NCBI RefSeq assembly: GCF_035084215.1
Contig: NC_090361.1
Location: 3,286,001-3,350,000, forward strand
Reading direction: 5' to 3'
From: Heptranchias perlo
Lineage: Eukaryota
DNA: 64,000 nucleotides
The notes under the pieces: model-generated
The model's input: the letters and a program-made list of their open reading frames with translations, nothing else
What the model was told of the DNA's origin: nothing
Database searches by the model: none
Part shown: positions 38,743 to 51,361 of the stretch, piece by piece
How the letters are laid out: every line of letters begins with the position of its first letter
How positions within the stretch are numbered: the stretch's first letter is position 1
Translations under genes and position numbers: made by a program

Positions 38743-39312
38743 TTACATAGAATTTAGAGTACAGAAACATGCCATTCGGCCCAACTGGTCTATGCTGGTG
38801 TTTATGCTCCACACGAGCCTCCTCCCAACTTACTTCATCTCACCCTATCAGCATATCCTTCTATTCCTTTCTCTCTCAGGTTTTTATCCAGCTTCCCCTT
38901 AAATGCATTAATGTTATTTGCCTCAACTATTCCTGGTGATAGAGAGTTCCACATTCTAACCACTCTCTGGGTAAAGAAGTTTCTCCTGAATTCTTTATTG
39001 GATTTATTAGTGACTATCTTATATTTATGACCCCTAGTTTTGGTCTCCCCCACAAGTGGGAATATCTTCTCTACGTCCAGCTTACCAAACCCTTTCAAAT
39101 TTTAAAGACCTCTACTAGGTCACCCCCTGCCTTCTCTTCTCCAGAGAAAAGAGCCCCAGTCTGTTCAATCTTTCCTGATAGTTATATCCTCTCAGTTCTG
39201 GTATCATTGTAAATATTTTTTGCACCTTCTCCAGTGCCTCTATATCCTTTTTATAATATGGAGACCAGAACTGTGCACAGTACTGCAAGGTTTGATACAA
39301 GTTTAACATAAC
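38743..39312 (-). mobile_element. CR1 LINE 3' fragment; a second copy at ~39945-40319(-)
   Basis: QYCAQFWSPYYKKDIEALEKVQ; TRGHKYKIV..FRRNFFTQRVVRMWNSL. Confidence 0.8.
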
Positions 39313-40806
39313 CTCTCCCAGTTTCTGGTTCTGATGAAGGGTTTACATCCGAAACATTAATCGATCCTTTCTCCCCAAAGATGTTTACAAAGGTGCTGTG
39401 TATTTTTCTAGGTTTTATTTCACCAGTGCACGATCCAGTGCGCAGCACAGGGAAAACAAGGGAATTCTTACTTTACTTTAGCAAACTGTTTACTGCGATG
39501 ATGTGCACAAGACAGTAGATGGCCGAGGAAAACGCAGAACAAAATTCTGTTCAGTACAACAGGCTCGGACATTCAAGTAACACAACTTGGGGCTGGACAG
39601 TCCATCAGGCCCCGGACACATTCAGAGGTTTGTCTTTTGTTCTTTCTCAGTCTGTCACCGGCTGGTACAGAAGCAGCAGACCAGGTAAGTAATTAAAACT
39701 GCTCCACGGGAGGTCAGGACCAGACAGGGCATCAGTAGCAGTGTTCTTCAAATGCAAGATGATTGTTAATTACACTGCCAGGAATCTAGGTGACTCTGAA
39801 GGTGTTTTTAAATTAGAACAGGTGACGAGAGATGCTGAGTCTCCCTCCTCCGACTGCTCCCCATGGTATAAACATCCCCACACCCGGGCATGCTCGACCA
39901 ATGGAAACCCTGGAAATCTGCTGTCACATTAAGGGGGTTGGTCACATTGAATTTACAGCACAGAAACAGGCCATTTGGCCCAACTGGTCCATGCTGGTGT
40001 TTATGCTTCACATAAGCCTCCTCCCAACCTACTTCATCTCACCCTATCAGCATATCCTTCTATTCCTTTTTCCCTCATGTGTTTATCCAGCTTCCCCTTA
40101 AACACATCTATGCTATTCACCTCAACTACTCCTTGTGGTAGCGAGTTCCACATTCTCACCACTCTCTGGGTAAAGAAGTTTCTCCTGAATTCCCTATTGG
40201 ATTTATTAGGGACTTTCTTATATTTATGGCCCCTAGTTTTGATCTCCCCCACAAGTGGAAACAACATCTCTACGTCTAACCTATCGAACCCTTTCATTAT
40301 CTCAAAGAGCTCTATCAGGTGAAGGAGGAGCAGATCCTCATCTCCACCGAGACACCAGCTCGATCTCCACCTTTCACAGTGGAGCCCAGAGCGACCGTGC
40401 CCAACTTTAAATGTAAAAGAAGGAGAGGGACAAAATAAGGAGAGGGAAACACTGGATAACATGAATGCGCCCTGAAATGTTCCCAATTTGAGAGTGAGGT
40501 CGGATATGTTTGGGGATATTCGGAGAAATGAACGTAATGAACATGAAGGGGCCCATGTTGTTCTGCATTTTCCCCCCTCAACTACTGACTCCCAGTACAA
40601 GCCAGCTTCACTTTTCTACCTTGAGCTCCAAACTCGATCTTCCCACCATCACAGATTTGTGGCACTTTACGTTTTGTTTGTAAGTCACCACGACAGAGGT
40701 TTCTTTTAACCAACGTGATTGTTGCAGTTTGGACACCATCCTCTCATCTCCCAGGAACGGTGACGATCCATCTGGTTTTCCAGTGCCGGATCTATCAAAA
40801 AGCTGT

Positions 40807-41392
40807 ATGCGCCAAAAACTCACTGTCACCCGTGCGCCAAACACTCTCCGTCACTCGTGCGCCAAAAACTCACCGTCACCCGTGCGCCAAACACTCCCCG
40901 TCACTCGTGCGCCAAAAACTCACCGTCACCCGTGCGCCAAACACTCCCCGTCACCCGTGCGCCAAACACTCACCGTCACTCGTGCGCCAAACACCCCCCC
41001 GTCACTCGTGCGCCAAAAACTCACCGTCACCCGTGCGCCAAACACTCCCCATCACTCGTGCGCCAAACACCCCCCCGGTCACTCGTGCGCCAAACACTCC
41101 CCGTCACTCGTGCGCCAAACACCCCCCCCGTCACTCGTGCGCCAAACACCCCCCCGTCACTCGTGCGCCAAACACCCCCCCGTCACTCGTGCGCCAAACA
41201 CCCCCCCGTCACTCGTGCGCCAAACACCCCCCCGTCACTCGTGCGCCAAACACCCCCCCGTCACTCGTGCGCCAAACACCCCCCCCGTCACTCGTGCGCC
41301 AAACACCCCCCCGTCACTCGTGCGCCAAACACCCCCCCGTCACTCGTGCGCCAAACACCCCCCCGTCACTCGTGCGCCAAACACTCCCTGTC
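40807..41392 (+). repeat. Minisatellite, 23 copies of 25-27 bp unit GCGCCAAACACCCCCCCGTCACTCGT
   Basis: 23 occurrences of GCGCCAAA counted; the 5' half alternates two variants (50-bp higher-order unit). Confidence 0.95.
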
Positions 41393-41676
41393 AGGCGTAT
41401 ATCAAACAGCTCTGCTCAGGCAGGTGCGCAGCTTTTTTCTGAGATAACCTGCCCCGGCCTGATGTTGGACTGAGCAAAAGAGGCAAATGTCCCTCCTGCC
41501 TGATATAGGAAATGCTCAGCCACCTGTCCTGCCCCCACCTATCCACAACCTCAGTTACAGCCGAGAAAAGAGACTCAAATGTTGCAAAATCACACGGAGC
41601 CAATGCAGTTCCCCTTTAAATTAGTGATCTAGATGTTGCCACTATTAAGTAGCAGGATAATGGATGGCAGGCTTAC

Positions 41677-42514
41677 CTGGCTGGCCCACATTCATCATGC
41701 TGTACATAGTGTACATGTTACAGATCTGTCGGTAATGCTCCTCCGTCATATCCTCGCTGCCTTCCTCCTCCTCGTCCTCTTCATTTTGATAGGAGTTTGG
41801 ACTGTCACTGGTGTAGGCGCTGGAGGTGCCGGGACTGGTGCGGTCTGAGCTGCCTGGCCCTCCTCCTCCTCCTCCACACCCCTGCTGCCTGCTGGCGGAG
41901 GTGCCATGGGAAACCCGAGCTAGCTTGGAACCCACGCTCCCATTCCCCTCCCTCTGGCCATTGTCCCACAAACGCTTGCCGATGGGGGTGAACTGCACGG
42001 AGTCCGATTCGGCCTGCTCCGTCTTGACGCGGGAGACGAGCGAGAGGGGTGTGGCCGACACCGAGCGGGAGGCCTGGGCCGGGCTCGGAGGCTCCGAGGG
42101 CGTCTCCTCCGCCTGGAGCCCCTGGGAGTCGCACCGCGGCGAGCTGACCTTCAGGCAGAATTCCGTTTCCTTGTCCATTATCTGCTGGATCTGGAGGAAG
42201 CCGGCCGTGTACATGAGGAGGAACTGGTCGCCCATGTTCATGCTGAGTCTGCCCGTGTAACAGAACGACAGGATCTGCTGGAAGGACTGCGGCTGCACGG
42301 CTGCGGGTAGCTCAAAGCTCGTGCAGTTGTTTGAGCTGAACAGGTCTCGGAAGTAGGAGCTGCTCGCCGCCAGCACAGCACGGTGAGCCTTGAAGGCCTG
42401 TCCCTTGACAACAATGGAGACATCACAGTACAGGCTCTGGAGCCGCTGCTCATTCAGACATTCCAAGATATTATTCCCAAAGTTCGGAATCTCCATTTGC
42501 AGGGTCTGAGCCAT
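41677..42514 (-). CDS. NACC1: Nucleus accumbens-associated protein 1, coding exon 1 (BTB/POZ domain); full protein 494 aa
   Basis: [59 protein letters not shown]...[15 protein letters not shown]; donor G|GTAAGC; synteny with TRMT1/STX10 favours NACC1 over NACC2. Confidence 0.93.
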
Positions 42515-42636
42515 GGTATCTGCTCAGCACACCGCAATATCTGCCAGCACAGAAGAGGAGACAGGAGGGTTAGTGTTTTAAAAATGTTACATGTAGCATT
42601 TCCCCTGCAAAAACCTCCACACTCTTCCTTTTCAGC

Positions 42637-42677
<41 letters not shown>

Positions 42678-45600
42678 ATGTGGGTTCAAGCCCCACTCCA
42701 GAGACTTGAGCACAAAATCTAGTCTGACACTCCCAGTGCCAGTACTGAGGGAGTGCTGCACCCTCAGATGTGCTGTCTTTTGGTGAGATGTTAAACCGAG
42801 GCCCCGTCTGCCCTCTCAGGTAAACGTAAAAGATCCCATGGAAGAACAACACTGGAGTTCTCCCCGATTTCTTGGTCAATACTTATCCCTCAATCAACAT
42901 CACCAAAAAGCTGATTATCTGGTCATGAAACGCGTTGCTGTTTGTGGGATCTTGCTGTGCACAAGTTGACTGCCGTGTCTCCTACATTACAACAGTGACT
43001 ACACTTCAAAAAGTACTTCATTGGCTGTAAAGCGCTTTGCAATGTCCTGAAGTTGTCAATGCAAGTCTCTGTTTTTCAGTGATGTTGGTTGATGGATTAA
43101 TATTACTCCTTCCCTAAAAGGACCTTAGTGATTTTTACGACAATACGACAGCTTCCTGGTTACTCTTTTATTTCCAGATTTTTTAAAAACCAAATTCAAA
43201 TTCTCAAACTGCCATGTTGGATTTGAACTCACGTTCTCTGGATTATTAGTCCAGGCCTTACTAGTCCAGTAAGATATTCAAAAAATGCCTGCCTCTGGGT
43301 ACAGAGGGCATCAAGGCTGTAGTCTCTGCACCCACCCTTTTGACTGTGAAAGATCAGGTCAGGTGGGCAGGTAAAAGTCCCGGAAAGAGAGGGAAAATTC
43401 CAGAAAAAAAAAACTCCTTGTGGATAAAGAAAGTTTTTAAATGGCCTTTTAACATGTCAACATAGATAGTGCCTGAAGTGTGATGTCATCACAAAAAGCT
43501 GAGCACCAGTCCCTCCAAGGCGGTGAACAGCCTGCTGTCAGCAAGTGCAAAACCTTTACTTTGAGGCTTGTTTTCACTGTGCAGATGAAAAAATTTTAAA
43601 TAGTGTTTGAAACCAGGCATCAGAGGTGTTTACAATGCTTGAAATTTATCTTTAACAAAGCTCAAGGGAATTCGTCCGTGGCATTTAAAAAAAACCTTAA
43701 TCATGAGGCTCTTCAATTATTCACATTCAATGCAGTGTTTGTCACGAGCATTATTTAGCATACCAATACACTGTAGGAGAAATTGCAATTAAGCCAATAC
43801 ACTTTAATGGTGTGCCAAAAGCTTATTGTGTTATAACTCATCACCTCAAATTGCTCCTACCACGAGTGACAGACCTGCACCCATCAGGACTTCACCCAAG
43901 TATTATACAGCTTAAACTGCTCTCTCCAAATACAACCCACATTTGGATGTTCAAAGTCTATAATTATAGTGCAGTATTTTTGAACAGTTCAAGTGGAAAT
44001 AGTAAGAAAATTTATCAGGCTGCTACTGTGTGCCTCACGACACTGAAACTTGCAGATAACCCCTTGTCCTATAGATCCACTATGTACAAGATTGTTAACA
44101 ATAACTTGTATTTATGTAACACCTTTAATGTAGAAAAACATCCCAAGGGGCTTCACAGATGCAGAGATGGATTTGGAGCCAAAGAAGGAGAGGTTGTGAA
44201 GAGAGACCGAAGGCTTGGTCAGTAAGCCTTTCTGAAGTTTTTTTGTGACTCTATGTCTCTCATCTCATCTCTCTCTTCACTTAGCGACAATCCAATTCAT
44301 TCCTAATCACCGGGGAGGGAGGGGAGAGCCAACGACTCTCTCCCACCTCTTGGGAAGCTGCACAAAAACCAACCCTGGGCTATCTCTCCCTTTGGCTTCC
44401 CCATCCTTCCCCCATGGGGAAATACAGGACCTCACTCAGCCCCTCCCTCCCCGGTGTGTGAGAGATTGAACACTCATTATGGAGAAGAATCGCAGGTGCT
44501 CCCAAACACCGTGCTATTGTCTGCTTAATTACTGCTCGCTACCCGAAAACAACTCACCTAAAGAGGAGGCAAACTTCTGGTTTCAGAACTTGTTTCCATT
44601 GAGTAACCTAGTGCAGAGCAAAGGCCCGTACAAGTCCCACTCCAGAGACCTGAGCACAAAATCTAGGCCGACACTCCCAGTGCAGTACTGAGGGAGTGCT
44701 GCACTGTCAGAGGTGCCGTCTTTCAGAAGGGACGTTAAAATGGGGCCCCGTCTGCCCTTTCAGGTGGACCTGAAAGTTGCCAGGGCATTATTTTCAAGAA
44801 GAGCAGGGGAGTTCTCTCCGGTGTCCTGGCCAATATTTATCCCTCAACCAACATCATTAAAAACAGATTATCTGATCACCTCATTGTTGTTTGTGGGATC
44901 TTGCTGTGTGCAAATTGGCTGCCGCGTTTCCTACATTACAACAGTGACTACACTTCAAAAAGTACTTCATTAACTGTAAAGCGCTTTGGGACGTCCTGAG
45001 GTCGTGAAAGGCGCTATATAAATGCAAATCTTTCTTTCCTTTGATTCAAAAGAGTAGAAGAAAAGGCGAGATGAATCAGGTAGTCGTAGTTAGGATATGG
45101 GCAAGCTTAGGTTGTGAAGGAAGAAGTGAAGACCGAGGGCAGCAAGGAGTTGCTCAGTTTTGGAGTCCTGAGAAAGAACGAGTTGGAATAGGAAGCTGAG
45201 TGATGTGTCATGATTTCAACACACTGAGGATGTAGGGAGGGCGAAAGGGTATAAACAAGAGAGGACAGTTCACTTGTTCAAAGGATCAATGTCTTTTGCA
45301 GTATCAATAAAATAAAGACCAGAAAGGTTACAATGGAAGGAGAGGGTGAGGGAGAGATCAGAGGCTAAAGGGGAGTAAAGTTTCAGCTATCAGATTAGAA
45401 TGTTAAACTAAATTCCCGATCAAAGTTGCACCAAAAATGTCTGTAATTACAAAACCACAGGTGTGTTTCAGAATCCAGTCCTAAGTATTAACCTCTGTCA
45501 ATACTGAATTAAAGAGCACAGGGATTGTTCAGTGATACAAGTTGAACTACAGATTTTCTTCCCTTTTGTACACACTACACAGGGCAATAGGTACCACGGA

Positions 45601-47606
45601 TGGTCTTTCACAGGTTTCATTCATTTGGAAGAGGGAAGTGCTGGCAACACTGGCACTTTGGTCAGCTTCTGAGAATCAGCACCAGTCCAAGACAAGGCTC
45701 TCCAATGCCTCAGTTGGAAGAAATACAGCCCAGTTTGGAACTGAGCCTTACAAAGCAGACTGATCCCAGATTCCATTCCCTGCCAGTGCTTAGTAAGCTA
45801 ATCTCAGCTGGGGTGGAAATCCGGGGAACTTTGATTGGTCTCAGTCCTAGGCTTCTGCTCAATCCAGTGATTCCTGACCAAAAGTGCCCATGTGTGAAAC
45901 TTAGGTACGATAAGATTAGGCTTGGCTGGGATTCCTTCCCCCACAGTTGAATAACCCGCTGACTTTCACTGTCCACACGCGCACACATGAAGAAAGCAGA
46001 AAGAGGGAGGCCGGTGCAAGTGGAACTGTACCCCAATATGAGTCATGACCTTTAAAAGGGGGGAACATCAGAAGGAGCAAATAGGGGAAAACACAAGCTC
46101 AAGATTGTTTTACAGCCTTTCTATACTTAACTACAATTTTCAGAGGACAGGAAAACTATAATTTTCAGATGACAAGAAAAATTGTGCACTGACACATTAT
46201 ACCATTATGACTGCTCTGCTATTGAGACCAGGTTCTGTAATAGAATGCAAAAGGCAATTGAAAGCAGCATTGCAAAGAGAGATATAATTACTAAATGCAA
46301 TGCTCACAAAGTAAAATAACTATCATGTCACTCACAAGCTGCATACCGAATTGTTCTGTTTTTATAAATTTGGTGCTGATCAAGGTGAGGGAATTTAATG
46401 CTGGGGAATGGAATTGGTGTCCAGTGTCAGCACTAAGCACTCCCAGATCATTGGTACAGGTCACTTAACTGTGGAGTAAAGGTAGTTGTATTCTGTCCCA
46501 ACAGCATGGGTCAGCTTCAAGCTAAGGCACCCCCCACTGCACCAGTGTGGCATTTTCTTCCATTTCGCACAGCACCTTCACCATCGGCCTCTTCAAATCA
46601 CGTTGTCAATTTAGTAGCAGGCTTTTACTGTGGGCCGATGGGCACAAAGAACTGAGTGGAGACTTCCCAGACCTATTACAGATTGCAGAGGGGGCTGGAT
46701 TTGAACAGGGATTCTCAGAGGTGAACAGCCACGTCTAACCCATTGTACCACACAGCTATTTTTCTTTTTTTTTTATTAACAGTTATGGCAATCCCAGAGA
46801 CACTGCCGGACCTGCCAGCTGAAAAATAGGCTCACATTTTTAAACAAAGTTTCATTCCCGAGATCCATCTGTTTTTGTTTCATTGCATTTGGAATTACTC
46901 TATCTGCTCTTGGCTGAACCACAATTAATACTTTATATATTGGGATCTCTTCAAATCTCCCAGAATCATACTGTAAAACAAACTCTGCATGACATGCAAA
47001 TTAACTCTCTCTTAATAAGTAAAGATATAGCTGTCCTGTTACACACAAGCCTAGTTACAAACAACCTGTTAGTGACTATCTTAATTTGACTTAGAAAATA
47101 GATAATAAACCAGTGTCCCTGTGTTATGATTTCTCCTAATATTGAACCAATACATTACAAAACACACACACTAAACAAATCATCCATTTTCTCATTAAAA
47201 AAGGACAATCCTCTAACTGAAATCAAGTTTCCCCCACCATCATTTTTTTCTTAAAAATTAAAACAAAATCTGTCCTTTAATTAAGACTTGCAGCAGAACA
47301 GAAAAAAAATATATAAGTTTTAGAAGTAATAATTTTTTTAACAAAAAAAAGTGCAGGTTGAATAGTTTGCTGCAGCTTTTTAAGTTTTGTTTGCTGTCCA
47401 ACAGGCCCCATCCCCCCACACACACACACACACACACCGGCAGAGTCTGCACACATCCCCAAAACACAGAGAAAACACACAAAGGGGGGGATTAAATATG
47501 GGGGGAGGGACAATAAAAACACCCCCTCCAGAGTCTGTCATGTTATATAAATAAAAGAAATGATGCAACTTGGAAGATAATCTAGGGCTGGAGGCTCACA
47601 ACTCAC

Positions 47607-47790
47607 CCCAATGTCTATAAATGCTTGCAAGCAGCTTTCTCTCCCAGACCCTAGCAGCAGCCATTCATTGTCAAGACAGCCAGCGCCTAGCAACCGAGCG
47701 CCGAGCGCATCGATACCCCCCCCCCCCCCTCTCCTCCTCCTCCCCCCCGCAGCCGAGCGCCGAGCGATCGATCGAGCGACGCCAAAACAG
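47607..47790 (-). other. NACC1: Putative NACC1 first (5' UTR) exon
   Basis: CpG-rich segment next to the promoter; strong donor TGGG|GTGAGT at 47606-47601; transcription start approximate. Confidence 0.55.
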
Positions 47791-47885
47791 CCAGCCGCGG
47801 CCCGTGACGTCACGCGACCCCTCCGCGGGGGAAGGGGTTACTTCCCCACAATGCTTTGCGTCGCAGACCAAAATGGCGGCTCCCA
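47690..47885. promoter_or_regulatory. CpG-island bidirectional promoter shared by NACC1 and TRMT1
   Basis: Palindromic CRE CGTGACGTCACG 47803-47814; ZNF143/Staf-like TCCCCACAATGCTTTGCG 47843-47860; YY1-type AAAATGGCGGC 47870-47880. Confidence 0.8.
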
Positions 47886-47942
47886 TCAGCCGAGAGGGCG
47901 CCGTCCAGCTCTAGTCTGTTGACAGCCTCAACTGTACGAAAT
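47870..47942 (+). other. TRMT1: Putative TRMT1 first non-coding exon containing a uORF (47873-47914, MAAPISREGAVQL*)
   Basis: Donor AT|GTAAGT at 47943; YY1/initiator context. Confidence 0.55.
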
Positions 47943-49269
47943 GTAAGTTAGCTCGCCATCGCTTTTAATTTATTTTATGTATTTATCTGTTTTTTTTAAT
48001 TTTTAAGTTATTTATTATATGTTAAAAGTCTCACCTCTGCATGTGGAGCATAAACACCAGCACAGAGCTGTTGGGCCGAATGGCCTGTTTCCGTCCTGTA
48101 CATTCTATGCATGCATTTCCTGTCATGCTATTTTTTCTTTGTCACATCTGCCTCCTGTCTCTAAACATGTCTCTAAACATGTATACCTATGAAGGGGAAA
48201 CATTTGCAGGGCTATGAAGAAAGAGCAGGGGAGTGGACAGCTCTTTCAAAGAGCCGGCACAGGCACCATGGTCCGCATGGCCTCCTGTGCTGTCTGATTC
48301 TATCATTCTGTGATTCTATGTATACTTACGTTTTGAGTCCTCCTAGCTCACATTCCAGGGTAAGTGGAGCTGTGCTGCCCACCTCAGACCCACTTGGCTC
48401 CCATTACTGCTAAGACATAATAGGAGGCTCCCCAGCTATGGGGTGGATCCTCTTTGGTGAATCCCACCTCGTGGTAGAGAAAACTTGAGTGCCCAGCAGT
48501 GACTGAGAGCCACTTTAAGTTGGTTAAACACTTTTGAAAGGCACATAATGTGATTCTAGCTTTCTGCTGGAGAAGCTATTAATTTTTTAAACCTTTTGGG
48601 AAAGGAGGGGATTGATTTTCACCACTCTCCTCCTGACTATCAGTGACTTCCCCTTCTCCCCCCCCGAATCTCCACTCCTGCTCTATGCACCTGTGCCTGC
48701 CCTCCTGCTCCATCCTACTCCATCCTACAGCTGCTACTCCTCCTCCCCTCAGGCCCCACCACCTTTCTTCCTCCCCAGCTCCGTTCCCAACCGCTATCCT
48801 TTTCTCAGCTGCAACCTCCTACATGGTGCTTCCACACCGCACAACCAACCTCCCAATGTTACTTAACCACATGACTGTTACCACTGCATGGTATTGCCAC
48901 ACATACTAACTGCAACCAACCTCCTCCCTACTATCTTTTCCTGTATCCAGGTAACATTAACTGATACTAATAATCTGTGGAAACTGCAGCATAGTGTCAG
49001 TGAAAAGTTGCTGAGTGCTCGTAGCATTGGGACATGTAACTGGAAGAAGGAATAAAGTGCCGTTTGGATTAGTGTCCATTTTTTCTCGTGCCTCTGTGAA
49101 ACGTTGAACTTTCTTCTACTTCAAGGGAATATAAATGCACATTGCTGATGTTAGTGTGCATTTTACATTTAAGATCTTTTGCCCTACAGTATTTCATTCT
49201 AATTTTTCTCTAATGGATTATTCTTTGCTTTCCCCAGAGTTTAAGGACCACGGGTTGGATTGTTGCTTT

Positions 49270-49628
49270 ATGCTGGTCAACAGTGTGTTTCAGGTCAGAT
49301 TCTTTGTGCACCGCACAGCAAGGATTGTGGCGAGGAGAGCACTGAGAGCAGAGTCTCTCCTTCACGATACCGCAGGGGAACGCTCCGTGATGGAAACAGG
49401 AGAGAAAACACAGGCAGAGCCAGAGCTGACATGTAGAAGCAGTGGTGACAATCAGTGCCAGAAAGCCAGCCTTTTGGAGGCTGCATCGGACCTTTTGCCA
49501 AATAGTGCACCTTCCTCAGAGATAAAGAATGGGGAGACTGTTATAAATGAGGGGAAGGCAGAGATTATTTTCCCCAGTGCCAATGAAGTATTTTACAATC
49601 CTGTGCAGGAGTTTAACCGTGATCTAAC
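49270..49628 (+). CDS. TRMT1: tRNA (guanine26-N2)-dimethyltransferase, first coding exon
   Basis: Acceptor ccccAG at 49237; [12 protein letters not shown]...; conserved [27 protein letters not shown]; donor GTAAGT. Confidence 0.88.
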
Positions 49629-50545
49629 GTAAGTATCCATGTTATGGAAATTTGTTAACATTGAGCAAGTCCCACTATCAGAACCCTAATTAAACTGTTA
49701 CAAAGGATTATGCTTAATATTCTTTTGCTCCAGTTTTTCTTTTGCAGTTTTTTTTAATAGTGCGATCTAATGACATTGTAGATACTGATTTGGAAGAACT
49801 ACTGAGTGCCGGTTTCAAAAAGCTGAATTAATGCACACAGTTGATGCCAAATCATCCCCAGTTTGTGGTTGTATTTCTGCCGTTTATACTTTCTGATCTT
49901 GGTTGTAACTTGTTCAAGACAATAACCCCTTCACCATGTTGTAGAACTCGTTGGTTAACCAAAAATATTTTTATTTGTTGAATAAACTTAGGATTTACAT
50001 GAACCGTTTTTAAAAGGGTTTGTGATTTGTGACTTCTCTCTTTATACAAATTAACATTCAGATACTAAACTCTGAGTACGCATTAATGTTTGACTCGTGT
50101 AATTTGGATCAGATCAGATCCTCTTGTAGCCTCATTATTCATGTGTGGGGTCCGGTATTCCTTGCCTTGGGAGAGTGGGATCGAGGGGCGAAGAGGAAGA
50201 CGATGTATTTTTACAGAATAAAGTTGCCAAGCTAGATCAAGGATGATGATGTGCATTACATAAGAACTAGGAGCAGGAGTTGGCCATACGGCCCCTCGAG
50301 CCTGCTCGGGTTGAATGCAGACTAAAACTCTGCCCTCTTTTTAGATAGAAGTTGAAAATAGTTTAATTCTCAGCTGTGTCACTGTAGGAAGTACCAGAAC
50401 AACATAGATTTATATAGTGGCCTATCGCATAATAATAGGTCCCAAGGTGCTTCATAAGGAGCAGTGAGCCCTGAGCCAGAAGCAGAAGTAGTTGGGGATG
50501 TGACTGAAAGCAAAGTCAGCGAGGAGGCCTTCAAAGTGCAGCGAG

Positions 50546-51361
50546 TATAATGTGGGGAAATGTGAGATTATTCACTTTGGTAGGAAGAATAGGAAAACAG
50601 AATATTTTTTTAAATGGTGAGAAACTATGAAATGTTGATGTTCAGAGGGATTTGGGTGTCCTTGTACACGAAACACAGCAAGTTAACGTGCGGGTACAGC
50701 AAGCAATTAGGAAGCAAATAGTATCTTGGCCTTTATTGCAAGGAGGTTGGAGTACAAGAGTAAGGAAGTCTTGCTGCAATTGTACAGGGCTTTGGTGAGA
50801 CCTCACCTGGAGTACTGCGTACAGTTTTGGTCTCCTTACCTAAGGAAGGATATACTTGCCTTAGAGGCAGTGCAACGAAGGTTCACTAGATTGATTCCTG
50901 GGATGAGAGGGTTGTCCTATGAGGAGACATTGAGTAGAATGGGCCTATACCCTCTGGAGTTTAGAAGAATGAGAGGTGATCCCATTGAAACATATAAGAT
51001 TCTGAGAGGGCTCGACAGGATAGATGCTGAGAGGCTGCTTCCCCTGGCTGGAGAGTCTAAAACTAGGGGACATAGTCTCCGTATAAGGAGTCGGCCATTT
51101 AGGACTGAGATGAGAAATTTCTTCACTTGGAGGGTTGTGAATCTTTGGAATTCTCTACCCCAGAGGGCTATGGATGCTGAGTCATTGAGTATATTCAAGG
51201 CTGAGATTAATAGATTTGTGGACTCTAGGGGAATTAAGGGATAAGAGGATCGAGCGGGAAAGTGGAGTTGAGGTAGAAGATCAGCCATGATCTTATTGAA
51301 TGGCAAAACAGGCTGGAGGGGCCGTATGGCCTACTACTGCTCCTATTCCTTATGCTCTTAT
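50546..51361 (+). mobile_element. 5'-truncated CR1 LINE
   Basis: ORF 50726-51244: LQLYRALVRPHLEYCVQFWSPYLRKD...RGDPIETYKI. Confidence 0.88.

Noticed and set aside
40715-41473. Three overlapping 196-252 aa ORFs and a CRISPR-like periodicity
   Set aside because: Head-to-tail tandem repeat with no unique spacers, no cas genes and a eukaryotic context
42637-42710. tRNA gene-like A and B boxes
   Set aside because: They are the tRNA-derived head of a SINE continuing into the Deu domain, not a tRNA gene
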